Position numbers and translations under genes: made by a program. This document shows, piece by piece, positions 55,386 to 64,000 of a stretch of DNA of 64,000 bases. This DNA is from Lama guanicoe (taxonomy: Eukaryota). How positions within the stretch are numbered: position 1 is the stretch's first letter; each line of letters begins with the position of its first letter. The notes below the pieces were generated by a model, which did not search any database, was not told the DNA's origin, and worked only from the letters and a program-made list of their open reading frames with translations. The DNA lies in assembly GCA_013239625.1 (NCBI GenBank), contig MU053557.1:5715842-5779841 (forward strand). Direction: 5' to 3'.

Positions 55386-58300
55386 TACTTTAGAGCTAGA
55401 CATACACACAGGCCGAAAGCGAAGAGTTGGAAAAAGATATTCCATGCAGATGGAAACTAAAAGAACGCCGGAGTAGAAACACTTACATCAGATAAAATCA
55501 ATTTTAAGATAAATACTGTACAAGAGACAAAGAAGGACACTACATGATACTCAATGGATCAACCCAAGAAGAGGATGTAACTATTGTAAGTATATACGCA
55601 CCCAACATAGGAGCACCTCATTATGTAAGGCAACTGTTAACGTGAAAGGAGAAACTGACAGTAACACAGTAATAGTGGGGGACCTTAGCACGCCCCTTAC
55701 ATCAATGGACAGATCATTCAGACAGAAAATCAGTAAGGAAATGCAGGCCCTAAATGACACATTGGACCAGATGCACTTAATTGAAACTTACAGAGCTTTC
55801 CATCTGAAAGCAGAATACACATTCTTCAAGTGCACATGAAACATTCTCCATCAATCACATGCTGGCCCACAAAGCTAGCCTCAGTAAATTTTAGAAAATT
55901 GAAATCATACCAAGCATCTTTTCTGACCACAAGGCTATGAGGTTAGAAATCAACTAAAAAAAAAAAATCTGCAAACACATGAAGGCTAAACAATAGCTAC
56001 TAAACAACCAATGGATCACTGAAGAAAACAAAGAGGAAATAAAAAAATGCCTAGAGACAACTGAAAATGAAAACACAATGATCCCAAAACCTCTGGATCA
56101 TTCATAGCAAAAGCAGTTCTAAGAGGAAGTCTAGCAGTACAAGCTTACTCAGGAAACAAGAAAAATCTCAAATAAACAACCTAACCTCACACCTATTGCA
56201 ACTAGAGAAAGAAGAGCCAACAAAACCCAGAGTTAGTAGAAGGAAAGAAATCATAAAGATTACAGCAAAAACAAATGAAATAGAGACTAAAAAAATTTAG
56301 AAAAGATCAATGAAACTAAAAGCTATTTCTTTGAAAAGACAAAATGGATAAACCTTTAGTCAGACTCATCAAGGAAAAAAGGGAGGGGGCCCAAATCAAT
56401 AAAATCAGAAACGAAAAAGAAGTTACAACCAACATCACAGAAACACGAAAGGGATCATAAGAGGCTACTAACTACAACTAAACGCCAACAAGAAGGACAG
56501 CCTAGAAGAAATGGACAATTTCTTAGAAAGGTACAATCTGCCAAGGCTGGACCAGGAAGAAGCAGACAATACGAACAGACCAGTTACCAGCACTGAAATT
56601 GAATCAGTAATTTAGAAACTGCCAACAAACAAAAGTCCAGGACCAGATGGCGTCAACAGGTGAATTCTACCAAACATTTAGAGAAGAGTTAACACCTATC
56701 CTTCTGAAAATTATTCCAAAAAATTGCAGAAGAACACTTCTGAACTCATTCTATGAGGCCACCATCACACTGATACCAAAACCAGACAAGGATATCACAA
56801 AAAAACCCCAAAATTACAGGCCAAAATCACGTATGAATATAGATGCAAAAATCAACAAAATACTAGCAAATTGACTTCAACAACGCATTAAAAGGATCAC
56901 ACACCATGATCAAGTGGGATTTATCCCAGGCATGCAAGGGTTTTTCAGTATCTGCAAATCAATGTGATACATCACATTAATACATTGAAGAATAAAAACC
57001 ATACGATCATCTCAATAGATGCAGAAAGAGCTTTTGATAAAATTCAACATCCATTTATGATAAAAATTCTCCAGAAAGTGGGCACAGAGGGAACATATCT
57101 CAACATAATAAAGGCCGTATATGGAAACCCACAGTGACCATCATACTTAATGGTGAAAAGCTGAAAGCATTTCATCTAAGATCAGGAACAAGATAAGGAT
57201 GCCCACTCTCGCCACTTCTATTCAACATAATTTTGGAAGTCCTAGACATAGTCGTTAGAAAAAGAAAGAAAAGGAATTCAAATTGGAAAAGAAGTCAAAC
57301 TGTCACTGTTTGCAGATCACATGATACTACACATAGAAAACCCTAAAGCAGCGACCAGAGGATGGCTGGGGCTCAAGGAATCTGGTGAAGTTGCAGGTAC
57401 ATAATGAATACACAGACATCAGTTGCATTTCTATACACTAACAATGAAATAGCAGAAAGACAAATTAACAATCCCATTTACCATCACACCAAAAAGACAA
57501 AACACCTGTGAATAAGCCTACCCAAGGAAACAAAAGGGACCTGTACTCCAAAAACTGTAAGACACTGATGAAAAAAATTAAAGACACAAACAGATGGAAA
57601 GATATACCGTGTTCTTGGATTGGAAGAATCAATATTGTTAAAATGGCCATACTGCCCAAGCAATACACAGATTCAGAGCAATCCCTATCAAGTTACCAAT
57701 GCCATTTTTCACAGAGCTATAACAAAAAAAGTTAAAATTTGTATGGAAACACAAAAGACCCTGAATAGCCAAAACAAGCTTGAAAAAGGAGAACAGAACT
57801 GGGCGAATCACACCCCCTGACTTCAGACTGTAATACAAAGCTACAGCAATCAAAGTGCTAGCATAAAAACAGACACAGATCAAAGGGACAGGACAGAAGT
57901 CCAGAAATAAATCTATGTGCTTGGGGTCAATTAATCTGACAAAGGAGGTAAGAATACACAATGGAGAAAAGACAAGTCTCTTCAATAAGTGGTGCTGGGA
58001 AAACTGGACAGCTACCTGTAAAAGACTGAAATGAGAACATTCTCTAATACTATATATAAAAATAAACTCCAAATGGATTAAAGACCTAAATGTAAGACCA
58101 GATATTCTAAAACTCCTAGAGGAAAACATAGGCAGAACACTCTTTGACATAAATCACAGCAATATTTTTCTTCAAACCAGCTCCTAGAGTCATGGAAATA
58201 AAAACAAAAATAAACAAATGGGACCTAATTAAACTTAAAAGCTTTTGCACAGCTAAGGATACCTTCAACAAAATGAAAAGACAACCTACAGAATGGGAGA

Positions 58301-58565
58301 AAATAGCTGCAAATGATGCGACCAACAAGGGACTAATTTCCAAAATATACCAACAGCTCATACAGCTTAATATCAAAAAACAAGCAACCCAATCAAAAAA
58401 TGGGCAGAAGACCTATACAGACATCTCTCCAAGTAAGACATACAGACGGCCAACAAGCACATGAAAAGATGCTCAGCATCAGTAATTGTTACAGAAATGC
58501 AAATCAAATCTACAATGATAACTCCTCACATCAATCTGAACGACCGTCATTAAAAAGTCCACAAA

Positions 58566-59386
58566 TGGTTGGCTTTATTCCTTTGATAACTAAGTAAGTT
58601 TAAAAGCTAAAGCTCGAGTAGATCACAGTGAAAAAAAGTGTCACAATATACGTATGTACATGTATAACTGAAAAATTGTGCTCTACACTGGAATTTGACA
58701 CATTGTAAAATGACTATAACTCAATACAAAAAATGTAAAAAATAAATAGGAAAAAAAAAGCTAAAGCTCAAAACGTTCTTAGAAACAATGAACAGTACAT
58801 ATATGTAAATTTTAAAATGTACATGCAGTTTAAAAAAATGAGCTATCAAGCCATGAAAGACATGGAAGAACCTTAAAAGACATTACTAGATGAAAGAAGC
58901 CAGTCTGAAAAGGCTACAAACTTTATGATTCCAACCGAAAGACGTTCTGGAAAAGGCACAGCTGCAGACACAATAAAAAGATTGTGGTTTCCTGGGGTTT
59001 GGGGGGAGAGAGAGAGGGAGGGAGGAATGAACAGAAAGAGCACAAGGGATTTTTAGGGCAATGAACTTACTCTGTATGATACCATAATGGTGGCTGCGTG
59101 TCATTACATCATTATGCATTTGTCAAAACCCATAGAATGTACAAAATTAAGAGTGAATCCTAATGTAAACTATGGACTTTGGTTGATAATAATGTGCTCA
59201 TGCTGGTTCATCAATTGTACCACATATGCCACAGTGATGAGGGATGTTGAGGGTAGGGGAGTATGTACGTGTGGGTGGGGAAGGCTATGTGCAAACTCTG
59301 TATTTTCTGTTCAATTTTGCTGTAAACCTGAAACTGCTCTAGAAGAACAAAGTATTAGAATAAAGAATAATATAATATTTTTTTTA
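58566..59386 (+). mobile_element. Retroposed insert: unique sequence plus an L1MC1-like 3' end, with 14-bp TSD
   Basis: TSD AAAAAGTCCACAAA at 58552-58565 and 59387-59400; body gagctatcaagccatgaaagacatgg...aagagtgaatcctaatgtaaactatggactttgg...ttttgctgtaaacctgaaactgctct; AATAAA 59359. Confidence 0.8.
58616..58755 (+). mobile_element. Short young L1 3' end (140 bp, camelid-type) with 14-bp TSD
   Basis: TSD AAAAGCTAAAGCTC at 58602-58615 and 58756-58769, preceded by TTT (TT/AAAA endonuclease site); tgtataactgaaaaattgtgctctacactggaatttgacacattgtaaaatgactataactcaata plus A tail. Confidence 0.85.
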
Positions 59387-60128
59387 AAAAAGTCCACAAA
59401 CGATAAATACTGGTGAAGATGTGGAGGAAAAGGAACACTCCTACACTATTGGTGGGAATGTAAATTGGTGCAGCCACTATGGAGGACAGTATGGAGGCTC
59501 CTTAAAAAACTAAAAATAAACTTACCATGTGATCTAGCAGTCCCGCTCCTGGGCATATATCCAGAAAAATATAATTCGAAAAGACACATGCACTTAAATA
59601 TTCACAGCAGTAGTATTTGCAATAGCCAAGACATGGAGACAACCCAAATGTCCATCGACAGATGACTGGATAAAGAAGTTGTGGTATATATATATATACA
59701 ATGGACTACTACTCAGTTATTAAAAAGAAAAGAATAAAATAATGCCATATGCAACAACATGGATGGACCTGGAGATTGTCATTGTAAGTGAAATAAGAGA
59801 AAGAAAATACCATATGATATTGCTTATATGTGGAATCTAAAACACACACAAACACACACACAAATGAACTTATTTACCAAACAGAAACAGACTCACATAG
59901 GCAACAGACTGAATGATTTCCAAAGAGGAAAGGGGACAGGAAGGGATAAATTGGGGAGTGATGGAAATGTTAGCTATCTTGATCGTGGTGGCAGTTTCAT
60001 AGGTGTATACATCTATCAAAATTCGTCAAATTGTACACCTGAAATATGTGTAGTTTGCTGTACAGAAATTATACCACAATAAAGGTGTTAATTAATTTAA
60101 AAAATAAAATAGGAAATTAAAAAAAGAG

Positions 60129-61048
60129 AAGCGCATAGTTGAAGTAATCTCATTTCCCTATTTCAAAATTTACTACAAAGCTACAAACAGTAATCAAAAT
60201 AGCGTAGCACAGCATTAAAATAGACATGAAGACCATGGAGTAGAATTGAGAACCCAGAAACACACCCTTACATCTATTGTCACTTGTTGTTTTTTGGTAA
60301 GAGGGCTACAACTGTTCACTGGGGAAAGAAGTCTTCAGCAAATGGCACCGTATCACACACAGAAGCTTGAAGTGAGACCTTACCTTAGACCATATACAAA
60401 AATTAACTCAGAATGAATCAAAGACCTGAATCTCAGAGCTAAGCTATAGAACTGAAAAAAACAAACATAGGTGCAGATCTCCATGACTTTGGATTTGGTA
60501 ATGATTTCTTCAACATGACACCAGAAGCACAGGCAACAGAAGAAAAAAAATAGATAAATGGGTCTTCATTAAAGTTAAAATCTTTCGTGCATCAAAGGAC
60601 ACTATCAAGAGAGTGAACAGACAAACCACAGAATAGGAGAAAATGTTTGCAAACCACATGTCAGCTAAGGGTTTAATATCCAGAATATACAAAGAACGAC
60701 TCAGCTCAAAAATGGACAAAGAACTTGAACAGACATTTCTCCCAAGAAGATACACAAATGGCTAATAGCACATTAAAAAAAATTTGGTGAGGATGTGGAG
60801 AAATTGCAACCCTCATACATTGCTAGTGGGCCTGTAAAATGGTCCAGCTGCTATGGAGAATAATTCCTCAAAAATGAAACATTTGTCATAATAGCCAAAG
60901 CTGGAAACAGCCTCAGTGTCCATCAACAGATGAATGAAAAAACAAAATGGGGTATATACACATAAAGGGAAATGCTAGTCAAAAAAAGGAATGAAGTTCT
61001 GGGCTATGTTACAACATGAATTAACCTTGAAACATTATGTAAGTGAAA
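60129..61048 (+). mobile_element. Old L1M ORF2/3' UTR fragment, right part
   Basis: atttcaaaatttactacaaagctac...tttcgtgcatcaaaggacactatcaagagagtgaacagacaa...aaccttgaaacattatgtaagtgaaa, cut by an LTR. Confidence 0.85.
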
Positions 61049-61556
61049 TGAGGCAGCGTGGGGCTGCACCCCGCAGGCCTGCGAGCCTTGTAGCTGCTCA
61101 CCCTCGAGACTGAAGAAACAGCCTGGAGGCAGTGACAGAGACATCAATGATTTTTTTGGGTAGCGGATCTTACATGTCCAAAACAAAGGGTCATAGAATA
61201 ACTCCCCAGTGTACGGCAGACGCCAGGCAAGACCTGGCAGCAATCTTTGCTACTTGAGGGAGAAAAAGGCTACCATTTTTAGGGAAAATTGACATCAGGT
61301 TGGCTCATCGGTTACCAAGGAAACCAGCACCTGGGCACATCCTCACAGCCCCTCAGGTTAACGACCATCACGAGGGCATGTTTCCCTTTAATAAGCTCGC
61401 AGGTGGAGCTGTTCTGGCCTAAGGATTAGAACCATCAGTAGCTGGGGCAGAGGGCAGGCTCATTCATGTGACTAGGGTGTAGGTGAAGCAGGACTGGCTG
61501 AGCAGGGGTTGTTCAAAGAGCAAGACAATAGCCACCTCGAGCAGCCTGACCATACA
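61049..61556 (-). mobile_element. 3' LTR of an ERVL-like (class III) provirus
   Basis: TG...CA termini; adjacent PPT TAGGGGTGGAG (minus strand, 61557-61567); homologous to 63860-64000. Confidence 0.8.
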
Positions 61557-63857
61557 CTCCACCCCTACATACCCTGCTCGGCCCTTAGCATCTTGGTCCC
61601 CCTCTTCCGCTGGATCTCTGAGGTCCGGTCTGTACAGGTGCACTGCAACCGAGCACCACACATGCAGCAGAGACAGCAGCAGCCAAGGAGTATCAGGAGT
61701 CCAAGCGGTAGGCGAACTTTGGAGCCAGGAGCTTATTGGGTCAGTTTTGTCATGGAATTCGAGGAGGAGAACACCAGCATCTCGCTGTAGACTCAGAGTC
61801 AGACTCATTTCACAGTGAGGCCGCTGTGGCCACCCAGTTCTCAAACAGATTTTCTCCACTCGCACTAGGAACTGTAACCAGCAGGACCCTAGGGGGCCTC
61901 CCTGGGACCGACCCCTGTCCACGTCCTCTGCCTGCCTCCTCTTTGTACAAGAACGTTAGCCTCCTCGGCCGTCCCTGAGTTCTAACAAATAAATTTAATC
62001 AGTAGTGAGAAAATGCAGAAACTAAGGAAAAACAGTCAAAACAAAATAGTTTAGCCATTAAATAAAGTCAAGGACCTTTAGCTCCCCCTCAAGGACTATG
62101 GATACTATTTTGAGCCAAATCCTTTGAGCTGTTTTACAGGCGCTGAAACCCCTACCCAGGTGGAGGAAATTAATTGTATGCCGACCACAAGCACACAGAC
62201 CTCAGACCAGCCGGAGGGGTGATGATGCTGACTCCCCATTTCCTCACCACCAACCGATCAGAAGAATGTCCACGAACTCATCACACCCCCCACCCCTCTC
62301 CCTCACCCTGTCTTTAAAATTTTTTCCCTGAAAGCCACTGGGGAGTCTGGGTCTTCTGAGCACCAGCTTTCTGGACTCCTGGTCCGGCATCCTGCAATAA
62401 ACACTGCACTGTCCATCACCACAACCCTGTGTCGGTGGATTGACTTGACTGCACACAGGTGGGCAGACCGAAGTTTCGTTCGCTAACAGGACAAAATACA
62501 AAGTGTTTCAAGGCACAATACAGACAAGATCATGACAGTGAAGGAAAATGCCAGCTGTGACCGCATCCTCACACAGTCCCACCCCTGCCTGTGGTTCCTG
62601 TCCTGGCCTGCAGCACCACACCTCCTGTTTACCCGCAGTGCCCCCAGCTGGTGCCAAAAACTGGGCAGGCTCCATAACAGCAGTCCACAGGGGACAGGGT
62701 TAATATAACAGAGCCTTTCTTCAGCAGGGAGCCCAGGTTAATTATTTGAGTAGTCTTAGGTGGGGGTAGGCAGCGGACAGATGAAATCTCTAAGTCCCTT
62801 TCTATCCTGTTCCCCACAGGGCGGCAAACCCTGACCCCCGGGGACTTACCTGCCAGTCCCGCAGCCACTTTGTGATGTGTTCCCCTGGGAGTAGATCCTG
62901 TGGCCCGGGCAAGAGGAAGTTCCTGTCCCGACCGAAAGTTGTCAATGGTCCTTCCGCGGTCAGTCGTTGAACTGGGAATGTGTTGATTAGTTGTCTCTGG
63001 GTTAACAGGCCGGAGGCGCTGGGATGATTGCTCCTGGGTTGTGCCACGTGTGCAGAGCGCCGGCTTCCCGGCTCAGTGGCTGCCTGAGTGGTCCATTCAC
63101 AGCCCAGCAGCAGGGGGTGGTAAGGCAGGTGAAGCGCCAGTATATGTCGTTTTTATCGGCTCATTCCTGAAGCACATGGCCCCGTAAAGTAGGCTTCTTG
63201 GTTGCTACTGATGGCCACGCAGGTGCCGTGTGTTGCACACAGCGGTTCTAGTCTCGGGTGGCGGTGTGCTCGACAGCCCTCGCAATGTCTCCCAGCTGCT
63301 GGAAGGCCTTGTGGGCGGCGTATAGCTGCTGGCCCATCACGCTATACCGTTGCTCTGCCTCCTTCCAAAGCTGGGACCAGAAGTCCAAGAGTACTCTTAT
63401 TATTTTGCCACTGCCACGGGCCCCAACAAAACCCTTTCAGGTAACTGGCCACGTCCAAGTCACAGGATTGTCTCTGAGGTAACACCCCTAAGGCCTGTGT
63501 CCGTTACTGTTTAGGGGTGGACGGCCGGGGGTGTGCCTGTCTTACCCAACGAGGCAGCACCCAAGTATCTGATGGGTAATCCAGGTCCTTGCGTTTTGTC
63601 TGTGTTCACCAGCCATCCCGGTGCAGTCAGATGAGCCACGAGCACAGGGCTGCTACTTGTAAACTGGCAAGACGCAGAGGTTAACAGGATATCAGCAATT
63701 CAACAAAAGAGGAAGACATCTCTCAGGGTCATCGACTACCACAGGGCGCCAATGGTACTGGACGGCCATCCCCGGGAGCACTCCTGCAACTCTCTGTCCA
63801 CCATCCTTGTTGCCGACCATCCCGGTGCTCGGAGGAGTTTCCTCGGTTGGCTTGCCA
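61557..63857 (-). mobile_element. Internally deleted ERVL-like internal region with integrase remnant
   Basis: PBS TGGCAAGCCAACCGAGGA (63857-63840) resembles the tRNA-Arg(ACG) 3' complement. Minus-strand 63100-63300 gives CEGC ... ISSNQEAYFTG ... LQE*ADKNDIYWR ... HLPYHP, matching an ERVL integrase core with frameshifts. Confidence 0.75.
61873..62488 (+). mobile_element. MER41-like ERV1 solo LTR nested in the ERVL internal region
   Basis: TGTAACC...GCTAACA termini; 4-bp flanks GAAC/GGAC; TATA-like tttaaaa 62313; AATAAA 62396-62401. Confidence 0.75.
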
Positions 63858-64000
63858 AGTGCTGGGCTGCACCCTGCAAGCCTTCAAGCCTTGTAGCTGC
63901 CCATCCTTGAGACAGAAGAAACAGCCTGGAGACAGCGACAAATTCATCAATGGCTTACTGGATGGGGAACCTTACACGTCCAAAAGCAAGGGTCGTGGAG
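63858..64000 (-). mobile_element. 5' LTR (U5 end) of the ERVL-like provirus, continuing beyond the window
   Basis: gggctgcaccc...agccttgtagctgc...gaagaaacagcctggag...catcaatg...cttacacgtccaaaagcaagggtc repeats 61060-61200; abuts the PBS. Confidence 0.8.

Larger units (their letters stand above)
55386..60128 (+). mobile_element. Younger 5'-truncated L1 (ORF2 endonuclease through 3' end), inactivated and itself interrupted
   Basis: EN remnants (YAPN, GDLSTPLTSMDR), RT region ([22 protein letters not shown] mutated to FADH at 57309-57320), KWDLIKLKSFCTAK; many stops and frameshifts. Confidence 0.92.

Noticed and set aside
55386..58560. L1 ORF2 as a functional reverse transcriptase/endonuclease gene
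   Set aside because: 5'-truncated, with many stops and frameshifts, and the catalytic FADD altered to FADH.

Overview
Mammalian genomic DNA, most likely a camelid (alpaca/llama/camel), inferred from a Vic-1-like tRNA SINE and the L1 3' end types. The window holds the complete coding region of NDST1 (bifunctional heparan sulfate N-deacetylase/N-sulfotransferase 1) on the + strand. Fourteen coding exons run from ATG 20030 to TAG 45446. They sum to 2649 nt (882 aa + stop) with consistent phases, and a ~4.9 kb 3' UTR ends near AATAAA 50319. One intron (35707-36926) requires a non-canonical GC donor that splits the PAPS-binding loop. The 5' UTR carries two uORFs, and a candidate non-coding first exon lies near 8.8 kb. 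Exon numbering below assumes one non-coding first exon, as in human. Introns are rich in MIR, L2 and DNA-transposon fossils. Downstream (54-64 kb) is a repeat pile-up: a four-level nested L1 structure with readable target-site duplications, and an internally deleted ERVL-like provirus carrying a nested MER41-like solo LTR. Apart from the NDST1 exons and L1 ORF2 remnants, the ORF track is noise. I found no convincing novel biological system. The most unusual items are an 'old-inside-young' retroposed insert, a chimeric L1 tail, the GC-AG intron, the uORFs and a divergent CTCF pair. Repeat family names come from recalled consensus similarity, not a database search.
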